NCBI GenBank assembly: GCA_043228905.1
Contig: JBHGNT010000007.1
Span: 22,444,001-22,508,000, forward strand
Length of the DNA stretch: 64,000 nucleotides
Direction of reading: 5' to 3'
DNA from: Azolla caroliniana
Taxonomy: Eukaryota > Plantae > Polypodiophyta
Part shown: in pieces, positions 21,703 to 33,889 of the stretch
Numbering within the stretch: the first letter of the stretch is position 1
Layout of the letters: each line of letters begins with the position of its first letter
Position numbers and translations under genes: made by a program
Notes under the pieces: model-generated
The model's database searches: none
What the model saw: only the letters and a program-made list of their open reading frames with translations
What the model was told of the DNA's origin: nothing

Positions 21703-22716
21703 AATGATGTCGAGGTATTCCTCGCGGATGCGTGGAATGAGGCGGGACCTCGGGGGTCCTGTACCGAAGAGCAAGAGAGAAAAGAGAAGAGACCCACTAC
21801 GTGCGAGATTAGATTCACAGGGACACGGCCCTTCGACACAAAGACGCGAGTGGGACAGCGACACAGAGAGACACGAACGTATGTATGTATTAACAAAGAC
21901 AAACAACAAAACACGAAGTCGGTTACAACCGAACAGGCCGGCGAACAGATGCCGATACCTGTTCGTAAACGCACAGAAAGGAAGGAGTAGGTTGGAGGTG
22001 CTGCCGGAAGCACTAGGGCATTCCTCAGAGCAGCGCGAGCCTCCCGAAACCTGCACAGAAGGAAGCTATGGCGTTTGCGAACCAGAGAGAGAGAGAGAAG
22101 CCTTCGCCCACGAACCGACAGCACTTCGTCCTCGACTCTCCGCGATCCCTTTTCCCCTCCTCGTCTCCCTCCTTTTATAGGCAAGGAAGGAGCCGTTTCC
22201 CCTTTACTTCCTACCTACCGAATCTGCCTGCCTAGGATCTCCTATGTACAACATAAGGCGCACGTGCATGAAGAGCCGGTTCCTATGCTCCGGTGCACCG
22301 ATTCCGCTTGTGGACGGTTTTCTTCACGACAGCGGATTCTGCATGAATAACTGAGGTCGGGTCGCGTTGACGATACTGAGTTGACTCGCACTCGGATGTG
22401 GCAGAATCGGCATCAATCTTGAGATTACGATCGAGAGGGGTAGACACAAGTTTGCACTCGATCATTCCAAACTTGTACAGAAGGTTGAGAATGTAGTGTC
22501 GTTAAGAAATCATTATTTTGACTGGTGTCCGAATTACCTAAATGCCAAGGAAGTAATGGAGCTCGTGCAGGTCTTTCATTTCGAATCTGCCAGAAAGAAG
22601 TGATTTGACCTTGTTAATCTCGGCGGGATCCTTTCCTTTGATGACCAAATCATCCACGTAAAGGATGATGAAAATCGGGCTATCCGACTCATTTCGGATG
22701 TACAGAGAAGTATCTG

Positions 22717-25700
22717 ATGCCGCCGCCGGATGCCGTCAGTCGCCGGATACCGCCGCCGGATGCCGTCGGTTACCGGTGCCTCGCCGGATACCGGTGCCGC
22801 ATGCCGCCGCCGGATTGCAATCGGATGGCATCGGATCACCGGCTCCATCGTCGGTCCGGTTTCGGTTGGCCAAAACCCTTTACGAGTAGCTACCCACTTC
22901 CACTCTTAGTTCAAGTTACCTTGAACTCTCTATGCTCCACACATAGACACAAAGATAATATCTTTTGCTCCACCTTATATATGATGAGAGTTGTATTTGT
23001 CGTGCCTATGTGGGATATCTCACAATTTTCTCCTTTCCTTTTACAAACTTTATACCCTCATATCTTGACATTTAGTTCTCCGTTTCTCATGTAATAAAGT
23101 GCATTCGAAACCTCCATCATTTTGTACTTAGATATTAAGTCTATTTAAAATGTTATCTTCACAATTATTGTACTACGTGATTCATACTCGATTTCGTACG
23201 TTTTATAGGATTTTCACACTATTGCCGAAAATCTTCACGACATCCACCCCCACCAAACCACACGTCCTCCGGTACGTGCCAAGAAGAGAAGAAGTGAGAT
23301 TTCGGCTACGATGATCAATTAGATTCCTCCATGTCTTCATTTTCATCCGGCCTATTATGTTCATTGTCGAGGTAATTGAGGTCAGGATCCTTGTCTTGTC
23401 TTTTCTTGAAAAGCTTTACTCTTTTTCCCACAATGGGTACGGCCAACCTTGATCCGTCTAGTTCCGCAAGGTGGTATGTGGCATTATCGTTGGCACTTGT
23501 CACCACATACGGCCTGAACCATCTTCTTGCGAACTTCCTTGTTGTACTATGTTGATTGTCAAGGGTGCTATCGTAAACCAAAACCCAATCCCCTTCTTCA
23601 ATCTTCTTGGGACGAAGTCGATGCGTGTTGTCGAACCGAACTTTGTTCTTTACTCGGGCTGCCTTCATCATCTTTCGCGCTTTCTCTAAATCTTCAGGTC
23701 TTCTTTCAAGTTGCCTTATCCGCGCCGCTAATAACTCTTCACGGCTCATCTCGTTCTCCCACGGTATCGCTACCCATGAGGCGATCGTCCTTTCGATGGG
23801 CATAATCAGCTTTTGTCCATACGTAAGCTCCGTCGGCATATACCCTGTCACCGAGCTATGTGTCGTTCTATTGGCCCACAAGGCATAGGGTAAGGCCAAT
23901 TCCCGACTCGACCGTTGCATGCCCGTACGATGGCTTTAACGATAGGTCCATGCCCTCGCTCGATCTTCCCATTTGCTTCCGGATTGTAGGCAGTCGTGAG
24001 GGAGAGCTTCACGCCTAGTCTTTCGAAGAGCTCCGTCGCTTCGTGTGCGTCCAACTCCCCTCGGTCGGCCACTATCTTCCCTACACATCCATATCGGCAA
24101 ACAACATCTTCAAGTAAAAATTTACAAACGGCTGAAGTCGTCTTATTTGTCAAGGCTCGTCCTTCCACTTGATTTGTCAAGTCTTCCCTTGCGAGCGCTA
24201 AGTACTTCATTTGTCCCACTCCCATTGGCATCGAGACCAGATCCACCATCCATTTGAAGTGAATGGTGAGTGGGTATGTCGGCTTTAACTCATCACGATG
24301 ACGTATATTTGAATATATTTGGCAAGTTTCACATGTGGACACGAAATGGAGTACATCTTTGTACATGCTTGGCCACCAGTACTTCTCCTTCAATTTTTCG
24401 AACGTCGCCCATGTTCCTCTATGTCCTGCCCAAGCACTCTCGTGGAATTCGGTCATCAGCGTCTCTTGCTCTTCTTTCTTTACCACCAATCGACGTGGTA
24501 TTCCTGTCCTTCTTTTTGGATGTCGCCAAAGGAATCCTCCCTTCAAGAAGTATCGATAAGCTTTCTTTCGGATTCGTAGGGCCTCCTCCTTTGTCAACGA
24601 AGCATCTGTCGTCAATGTTCTTAGGAATCTACCGATGAGTAACCATTCTCCTTCGTACCCGTTCTCGTTGAAGGCGTGGAGGGTTTGCGTGTCCTGGTCT
24701 TCCGCCGACAATCGAGCCATCTTGAAGAAGTCGAGGGCGACATCTTCATCTTCCGAAACCATGTTACTTACATTTGAAAATCTTGCCCTCGACAGCATGT
24801 CAGCCATGGCGTTCTTCTTCCCTGCGATGTGATGGATCTCTGGGTTTAAAGACTTGATGTAGGCGATCCACCTTAGCATAGCAAGATCTGGGGTCGCACA
24901 TCCCGAGACCATTCCGAGAATTGGGAGACAATCTGTCTCTATTATCACTTCTAACCCGATCAGGTAATCTTTGTCCATCTTCACTGCTGACACAATACCC
25001 CAAAGTTCCCACTTGACTTGGGCATATCTTTGTTGTCGTTCGCTGAGAACCTTTGCTCCGAACCGGATGGCATATCGCGCATTATCTTCACCTTCTTGGT
25101 TGATGACCCACCCGATTCCGGTTGGGCTCGTATCTACGGTCACGTAAATTGGTTTCCCTTCGGCATAGTCGGCCTTCCTTAGTGCCGGAGCTTCAAGAAG
25201 CAGTTTCTTTAATCTTTGCATCGCCTCTGTGTGCTCGTCTCGCCATTCGAACTTTATTCTTTTCTTTAGTAGTCCATATAACGGTTCGGCGACATGAGCG
25301 TAGTGAGGAATCCATGTATGATAAAACGCGCACGCTCCAAGGAACCTTCGAACCTCCGTTTGGTTTTTGCATTCTTCTTTCATGTCTTGGATTGCGTTCA
25401 CTTTGGATGGTGAGGGCTTCCGGCCGTATGCTCCACACAAGTGACCTACCACCAAGATCTCCGGTTGCCCGAATGCGGATTTTTCTCCCGAAAATGTCAA
25501 ATTCGCATCTTCGAGCCTTTGAAGCACCTTCTCGCAATCTTTCATTTGATCCGCAACGAACTTTCTACAACCTTCCTTATCTTTCGATTCATCTTTCTCC
25601 TCATCCGAACATCCTTTTATATCATCCAAGAATGGCATCGTGATGTCCGGAATGCAATCCTTCAAGACTTTATTCATGGCATTCACCATATGAGCCACCG

Positions 25701-28700
25701 AGTTCGTTGCGTCTTGGGGTAAGGTACACATCCGCACAAGCCCGATCGGAGTCCTCATGGTTGTAATGTCCCGACTGTCGATCGCCAATTGGAATTGGTC
25801 ATATCCGGAGTAGAGATCGCCAATGGAGTAGATGGACCGGCCCGCAAACGCTTCGGCAAATTCGTCCACGCTCGGACCGATTCCGGCATTTCGAATTGTC
25901 ACCTTGTTGACGGGTTGAAGATCTTGGATGAATCGCAATGATCCATTCTTCTTCGGCACCGTGAACCACCTATTGGAATAAGGAGCATTCGACGGTTCTA
26001 GAATTCCCATACTCACCTTCTCCTTTAAGAGCTCGATCAGCTTCGGAGGTGTGCTCTCGGAACCGGTATCGGTTTCAAATTCCAAGGCACATGAGGCACC
26101 GTGAAGATCACCATTGGCTCTATAACCTTTGGGTCGGCGCATCCGATTTCTCGTGGGAAGAATGTGAAAGCCTTCCCATGTCTCTCAAGCATATCGCGAA
26201 ACATTCGCTCCTCTTCAGGGAGAAGGAAATCCTCCTTTCCAACTCGTAGCTTCCCCTTCGTCTCTTTGGTGAAGTCATGACCTATCTTCTTCGGATCTCT
26301 TAAGCTTGGATCGTTAGCGACTTCCTTCATCTTTTGCCAGCTATCTTCCGGTAGCGGAACCGCAACTGGCTTGATCTTCTTATCCACCATTTTATATTTC
26401 GTGTTGATGTCAGCTTCCTTCATCGAGATGCCACGACGGTATTCATTGATGATAGCGTACATGTTGACGGAGTTAACCGAAATCACACATTGGTTGTGAA
26501 GATAGCTCAAGTCCACGACGTCCTCGATTTCGCCGATGGTGTCGTTAAATGAGGCTTCTTCCATAATATGAGTCACGAACTCCCCTTCTTCTATTATGTT
26601 CTCTTCTTTCAGCATCTTCTCGAATTCTTGTATCCGGTGCTTGTGCTTCTTGTCGGGTAGTACTAGTTTACATGCGCCACTAGGTGTGACACATGTTGCT
26701 TCTCCTTGCAATCCACGCACTCTTCTTTCTTGTGGGGTCTTGTGATTGCTCGGACTATTTGTGCCCCATGCTTCAATAGTCCGCTCTAAAAATCCGAGGA
26801 TTCGCCTCCGAGACTATCTCGATTCCTTTCATGATTGGCTCGCACTGTTAGGAATTGGACTGATCTTTGGTTGTCAAGACTCTTTATTCGTGCGAAGGCT
26901 GCTCCATTATCGAACACTTTGGTCTCCATCCGAGATGATGTGATATAAGGTTGCCCTAGGATGACAAGATGCGACGCCGATTCTTGTACGAAGAAGTGTT
27001 GATCCATCTCCACATCCCCGATCGTGACTTTGACATTGGGACAAGCTCCGTACAAGTCCTCCGTAGACTTTGTTGCCGCGCGAATCTTCCATCCGTGGTT
27101 TGTATTGATTGGCCATCTTCCCTTTTTGTAGAAGTCGGTTGACATGAGGTTGATCTCCGAGCCGTGGTCGATCAAGGCTACGACGGTCTCTTTCTTCTCC
27201 CCGATCTTCACCGGCGTCTCCGTTGTCGCTCGTGCCCAATGAGGTCGAGTGTAGTGGTTGTCCACCATATCTTCATCGATTTCGTCTCTTGCCATCGTTA
27301 TGGCATTCGTTTTTGCTTTCTGCGGCTTCTCTTCTTCCTCGTCCGATTGTTGTCTCTTTCTCTTTACAAGGTCCACGATCGTGTCATGGAACTCCTTCTT
27401 CGTAATGCCAAGCAATTCCCTCAAGGACAAAGTTACGTGGCTATCAAGAACTCGTTCTTCGAGAATCTTCTTTAGGTCCGTCGTCTGCTCTATGTCCGAC
27501 CTTAGCTTATAGGTAGGTATGGTCCTTGTCCTCCGAGCGGGGTCTTCGACACCAACCTTCACCGGCCGAACCGTTTCTTCAACTCTTATGCTCGACTCCC
27601 CTTTTCGGCTTGATTCTCGTTCCTCCGTTTGTAAAGGTCGACTCGTCTCCGCATCGTCCTTCTTTTTCGCGTTCCTTGTTTCATGTCTTTTTTATGGCCC
27701 TTGCTCTTCTATTCTCTTTCTCTTTTATTCGACGAACACCTCGTGGTTGTCGCACATCACCTCTGCGAGTATGGTGTTGTCGTCCACCGGATCCGACCAC
27801 CCGGTTATGCTTTGCACGCTTCGGTCCGCAAGCTCTACCTCGTTCGATGTGATTTTTCCCTTCTTCTCATATTCGAGAACGGAAGTCCAAAACTTTGCTC
27901 CCGCTCTAGCAGCTTCAGTCTTGTCTTTCCCGACTCTTATTCCGGCGGACGCAGCATAGTGCATCGCATCCACATGAGTCGCATCGGCATCCTCCATAGA
28001 TCTCTTCATTCCTCCTCTTCCGAGTCTCACTTGAGCAGATCATGTTGTCCTCTATGTATACGATATTTTGTCGAATCGCCTCTCGAAGGCTCGCACAATC
28101 CCTTCTCATGTGGTCCATGCTATCGCACCACACGCATCTAAAGGGTTCTTTTCCTTTAGGGCCCTGACGATTCATGTTGGCTAGAGTGACCTTCTCGAAC
28201 TTCTTCGCTAGCTCTTCAATGATGTCGTCATCAATCTTCTTTTCTTCCACGTTACTTTGTCTTGGTGGCTCAGCTACTTTCGGCGGTCTTGCTTTCTCCG
28301 TGGTAGTCGGTCCTGTCATGTCGGTGTCATCAACCCATTGGCGACGCTTGTCAAGCCTATTGCATGCCCGCTTCACCGCGATCCAGTCCGCTACGAGCCC
28401 ATTTGCTTGGGTATCATCTTCGAGAAGAGTCCCCAACTCCCGTCTATCCTTTATGTCCACGGCCTTCAAGAAGTACAAAGTCTTGTCCTCTTCAAGCAAT
28501 ACTTGGTCCGTATTGGGGAGACGACTAAACATCTGGTCGAATTCGTCGTACACCCTCGAGACGCTCATCTTCTTATTCTTCTTCTCTATCCACTTCATCA
28601 GGGCATGTCGAGTCATCCTCGTTGAGTCTTCAGTCACGAACTCCGCTAGTATCGTTTTCTCGAACTCGGACCATGTTGTCTTTCCTTCTTGAAGCTCGAT

Positions 28701-30091
28701 GACGCGTCTTTGGATGTTGTTGGAGACAACTCTCTTGAAGCTTGCGATTTGACGTGCCTCGGACACGTCCCTTTGATTCATCTCCCTCTTATATGCATCA
28801 AGGAACTTCGTAACGTTCCTTCCATCGAATTGGCCCTCGAGCTCTACGACACGATCGACAGCCTTCTCCACGCTCGTGTCGTTGTCCCGAGATCTCATCA
28901 TTTGCTCGACGATTAGCATCATCCTTTCGAGCTCTCCTGCTTGGTTGCTTGAGGACGCCATCTCCAAGTATTAATCTCGACTTGATCCTTCCTACCGCCT
29001 CTTTCACGTCGGGTTCACCACTTAATTATGTCGTGAAGATCCGTCACTACGCGCGGATCGTGAGGCGGAACCGCCGGGGTTCTGGACCAGAAGGATTTAG
29101 AGTCGATACAAGCTTTGGCGAGAAAGTACTTAAGATAGATTGGGAAAGAGAGAAGTTGAGATTACACGATCAATTTGATAACGAATTTCTTCCTCTTAAT
29201 TTTCATAAAAAAAAAACCGTGTTTTTTCTCCTCCCCCTTCCCTCTTTTATAGATGCTCTCATGCATATGATGCATGTGAGGGTACAAGACATGCATAAAT
29301 TGCATGTTTGCCATTTGGCGCTTAAGTATTACATGTGGTGCATGCTAACCATGTCACTCATTTTAGCTCTCATGTATGAGAATTTACATGTAAAAGTACA
29401 ATGATAGAAATATAATTTCAACTAAATACCATGGCTTAATGGTAAGCCATTTGACTTCTAACTTGGAGGTGCAAGGTTTGAATCTTTACTTGCCCTCCTT
29501 GTATATGTAAATATGTATATATATTTATATATTTATTTTATCTAGTCGTCGATTCGCCGGATACCGGTGCCTCGCCGGATGCCGCCGCCGGATGCCGACA
29601 TCGGATACCGGTGCCGCCGCCGAATGCCGACGCCGGATACCGGTGCCGCATGCCGCCGCCGGATTGCGATCGGATTGCGTCGGATCACCAGCTCCATCGT
29701 CGGTCCGGTTTTGGTTGGCCAAAACCCTTTACGAGTAGCTAGCCACTTCCACTCTTAGTTCAAGTTACCTTGAACTCTCTATACTCCACACATAGACACA
29801 AAGATAATATCTTTTGCTCCACCTTATATGTGATGAGAGCTGTATTTGTCGTGCCTATGTGGGATATCTCACAATTTTCTCCTTTCCTTTTACAAACTTT
29901 ATACCCTCATATCTTGACATTTAGTTGTCCGTTTCTCGTGTAATAAAGTGCATTCGAAACCTCCATCATTTTGTACTTAGATATTAAATCTATTTAAAAT
30001 GTTATCTTCATAATTATTGTACTACGTGATTCATACTCGATTTCGTACGTTTTATAGGATTTTCACACTATTGCCGAAAATCTTCACGACA
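22717..30091 (-). mobile_element. Gypsy D (Phygy-like), near full length; left LTR truncated
   Basis: 5' LTR 29029-30091, partial 3' LTR ~22717-23242, PPT at 23243, tRNA-Trp PBS at 29003-29020. Gag 27915-28961 (CVWC..H....C), protease (LIDHGSEIN) 26786-27562, RT-RNase H-integrase 23315-26720 with frameshifts. Inserted in the LTR of Gypsy E. Confidence 0.93.
29553..29700. repeat. GC-rich CCGGAT/GCCGCC minisatellite inside the Gypsy D LTR
   Basis: Repeated GCCGGATACCGGTGCC and GCCGCCGGATGCC units; a variant arrangement occurs at 22717-22860. Confidence 0.85.
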
Positions 30092-30147
30092 ACGCTTAAT
30101 CCGACTTAGTTAAGTTACTTATTAGGATCGTCTTTCATAACATGCGT

Positions 30148-30795
30148 TGTCGCGAAGATTCGCGCGTGCGTGTGCTACTCGATCGACCACCGGGGTCTTG
30201 GACTGGGGAGGATGTTCGCGGAATTATCGAAGAGATGACGATCAATGTAAGATTAGATGAAATTGGTTTACTTGAGAAGAAGAAAAATTGTACACTTGAG
30301 AAGTAGAAAAATATGAAGAAGGTAAAGACAAATATAATTATATTGATGATAATGGTGTTGGTGATATCACATATTGAGCCCCCCCTTACACAAGCCCAAC
30401 TAGAGGCTTTTATAGGTCTTTCCATGCTCGTGACATGCACAAAACCATGGGCTAAAACCATGGTTTTGTGCACATGGTTTTGCTTATGTCATGCACAAGC
30501 CATGGGTTTAAAACCATGGTTTTGTGCACATGGTTTTCTATGGTTGTTTCGTCTATAATTTGTATATGAAAAGAAAATACATAAATTCTACACTATATGA
30601 TAGTTGTCCTAGTGGTAAGGCAATTATCTTGTATCTTAGAGGTGCAAGGTTCAAACCTTCCTTGCACCCCTCTGTATGAACTCAAGTGCCACTAGGCCTT
30701 AGGAGGCTTATTTACTAAGTTTATGTGCAATGTTGCACATCCTTGGTTTATTCGTCTCACTCGGTTTCACACCGTAGCCGAAAATCGTCACGACA
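30148..30795 (-). mobile_element. Gypsy solo LTR inside the 3' LTR of Gypsy E
   Basis: TGTCGCG...CACGACA; 4-bp TSD GCGT, single-copy in the uninterrupted sister LTR at ~40233. Confidence 0.9.
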
Positions 30796-31139
30796 GCGTA
30801 AGATATAACAATTAAGACTGAACGGCAATTAACACAGAGAGATAACAACGCTTAAGCTTTCATTAATTAACCGCTAACTATTACATTGTATCCGGGCCTT
30901 TAAATAGGTTTCCAGTCTGTATTACAAAACGGTGCCATCCGCACCTGTTCGGGATCGGTCCAGATCCGGAACGGCATACCAATTCCGGTCCGTCCGTCCA
31001 CACTCATAGCTTAATTACAACCACATTCCTACTACTTAATTAGCTCTCCGTTTCCCACTCTAGACTCCTTTGCCGGCCGGTAACACATGGCACGCCCGTG
31101 GGACAGTACCTTGTACGTCGAATCCACAACCAACCCTTG

Positions 31140-33889
31140 CTATTCTTCGTCCAAAATGTCCAGAATGCTTTGTTCGAGAGGATCCAATGGTTCATCTGGA
31201 AGTGGTGGTTGTTGCTGTTGTTGCTGCTCTGTTGTTGTCGGTTGCGGCGGGTCCGTTGCTGGTGGATGCGGCTGCTCCTCCATTTGTGGCTCTGACCCCG
31301 GCATCTCTGTCGTTGCTCCCTACGTCGTAGTGGTCTCCGGTTGACTGGTTCCCGGCTGGCCCTCAGCCGGCGACGGTTCCTCATCACTAAGGTTAACCGT
31401 TGTCGCTTCCCGTGCTTTTTCTTCCCGTACCCGGGACAGCTCGTAGCTTTCAAACTGGATTTGAGCGTCCAGCCTATCATCGTCCAGCTGAGCTACGAGC
31501 TGCCTGACCTGCGCCAGCTGTTCATTTGCCAGGACTTGGAAGTCGTCGGCCAGCTCGTCCCGTATGGCGGTGAAGTCCTCGGAAGTCAATGTATAACAGT
31601 CATCTCCTTCCTTCCGCCGGTTTGCCACATCCGCCCGTAGCAACTGGAGTTCCGCCGCGTTTTGTGCCCACTTTGTCCACCATTTTACGGAGCTTTCATC
31701 AATCAAGTGTTTCGTCTGATTCAGCCATGCCCGGAGGATGGACTGAATCCGGCTCGTTCCCAATTGCGATTTGGTTTCCGCCGCTTGCCGTTCCTCCTTC
31801 AGTTGTTTGATGATTTTGACGTTGTCCTCCGCCTGCGTCAATTGCCTTTGATATGTACTTTGTAATTTCTGCAATACTGTTGACGCTCTCTCTTTGTCTT
31901 CCTGCTGCTGCCTCTGGAGCTCTATCCGGACCTTCTCCGCCTCTTCCAAGCGTCTTGTATTTTCCGCCCGTTCGTCGGCGATCGCCGTCGCGGCCCAATC
32001 AACTGCCTGCTGGAGCTCGGCCATCCGTTCTTTATGCTCCGTTTCCAGCCGTTTGTAGTCCCGGTGCAGGTGCTCAAAATCATCCGTCTTTTTCTTGAGC
32101 CGTGCATTGATCTGACGACGGGCCCGGTCCTCGCGGTCCTTCTGCTGGCGGAGCTCTTCCTTTAGCCGTTCAATCTCTGTTTCCGCCGTTTTCCGCAGCT
32201 TGTCCTTTTCCTGCAGCACTTTGTCTTTCTCCTCCTTTAGTCGGTCGTACGCTTGATGGCCTTTCCGGAGGCTCTCCTCTGCCCGGTGGAGGTTCTCAGC
32301 AGTCTTCTTTAATTCGGCTTCGGCCACCGTCTTCAATTCTCGTTCACGGCTCCTTGTGCGGCAAGTTCCTCTCTCAATTCCGCAAGCTCCCGAGCTTGCG
32401 CCGCATCTCTCGCCGGAACGGTTTCCGTTGTCGGGGTCTTATTGCTATGTACAGGTCGTTCTGTTTCTTTATTCTGTACACTTACCGGAGTCACCGGTGA
32501 TTGGATCCGTATTTTGGCCATCTCTGTCGTGACCTAATCCAAATCTTTTTCAAGGCACCGGATTCTGGACCGGGCCGTCTCTAGTTGTTCGGTTGTGACG
32601 AGCAACCGTTCGCTTTGCGCTCTTTCTTCCGCCTCTATATACCCCACTGCTCCGGCTATCTGTTCGCTTATCCACCGGAGCCACAGGCTACCGGTGCCTT
32701 GTTGTGCTTGCACGGAGGTTTGATAGATGGGCTCACTTGTAGAGGGGTGGTCCCGCCCGGTTGCGCCGAGTTGCAGTTCCTTTTCTGCCCGTGGACCATC
32801 CTGCTGTCCTGGTTCCCCTTGCGCTTCTTCTTGGCTGACCGAGGGAGGCTGCAGTGACCTTTCCGGCTCTGGCGGGATGGGACTTGCCGGTGTTGCCGGT
32901 GGTGCCGGGGCTTCTGTTTCTGGTGCCATCTGCACCAGTTCCGGTTCCTTCCTTGGCGTGGGAGTCTCAGTCTGGGGAGCCAATGTTCCCTCCATCTGAG
33001 GGTCCAAACGTTTCCCGACTGTCTCAACGGTCCTTGCCGACAACCGTCGCTGGAGGTGCTCCATAGGCTCCTCCTCTATTTCCTCCTCCTGAGCTCCAGC
33101 ATTGAGTTTTGCCGCCAAGGGGTCCACTTCTCGATTCACCGGTCGGTGGAGTGTGACCTTTACGGGCCGTGCCGGTGGTTCCTCCTGCGCCTCCGTTGGG
33201 CGCTTCCGGCTTCCGCTTCCTGCTGCCGCCTATTCTGCATCCACCGCCTTTCCCTTACTGGTCTTAGAGGCCAACAGTTGTTGCCGTTTGGAAGCCGTCC
33301 TTGGGGTGCCGTCCGGCACTCTTCCTCGCTTCTTGGGCTGGACGGTTTGAACGGGTGGCACCAGCAAGGTGAGCCATTGCGTTACGACGTGCCATATCCT
33401 TCGTCCATCTCGGCCTTCTTTGCCGTCTTTGCCTCTGACAATCTCGATCGCCGCACACAACCCGTCTGCAATCAATACCGGCCAATCCACCTTGATCCCT
33501 TCATAGGTGGCGATGATCATCCTTGCCCGGTTCTGCAGCATGACAGGGGGTCTAGGGTATATGTGGCCGTATTCATGGAGCACACGAGCAATTTCGCGGA
33601 ACAGCATATCTCCGCCGCCCTGTGTCCGGTAGCCCTTGTTGGCTAGAGAGTACTCACCAAAATACCTGATGAGTTGCTCCGGGGTTGGATTGTCGATCGT
33701 GAGTATGCCTCCCTTCGGAAGGCCTGTTAATGCTCTAATCGCCTCTGCCGTTATGACCTCTGTATCGATTTCCTTGATCACTTTGTCGGCTTCTTTGTGT
33801 GGCGGTACTTCCATCATCATCAAGAAGCCCTCGAGCCCGTGTTGCTTCAGCCATGTCTTGGCGGCTTCCGACAGCGTTTGCGGGTCCAT
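31140..33889 (-). pseudogene. Gypsy E extra ORF (~900 aa: globular N-domain, Pro/Glu linker, long coiled coil)
   Basis: ORFs 33230-34111, 32534-33139 and 32333-32521 share one frame split by TAG stops. One frameshift leads to 31320-32336, which continues past a TAG to ~31140. Confidence 0.75.

Larger units (their letters stand above)
17617..22331 (-). mobile_element. Gypsy C (non-chromovirus, Phygy-like), internally deleted, two LTRs
   Basis: LTRs 17617-18241 and 21708-22331 (TGTCG...CGACA, ~10 differences by eye); TSD GCGG; tRNA-Trp PBS at 21685-21702; PPT at 18242. Gag is fused directly to mid-RT at ~20735, followed by RNase H and integrase. Confidence 0.95.
16951..22716 (-). mobile_element. 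Copia-A internal fragments: RNase H (16951-17616) and RT C-half (22332-22716)
   Basis: HYHFIHERV...VADIFMKAL and LPSLRGS pol terminus; ILYVDDL RT motif near 22650-22665. Interrupted by Gypsy C. Confidence 0.85.

Noticed and set aside
17509-22350. Long GC-rich ORFs such as 17616-18581(+), 20689-21507(+) and 21602-22180(+)
   Set aside because: Antisense or LTR-spanning shadow frames of Gypsy C with no recognisable motifs.
29429-29500. Functional tRNA gene
   Set aside because: No intact acceptor or anticodon stems; only A/B-box similarity, so reported as tRNA-like.
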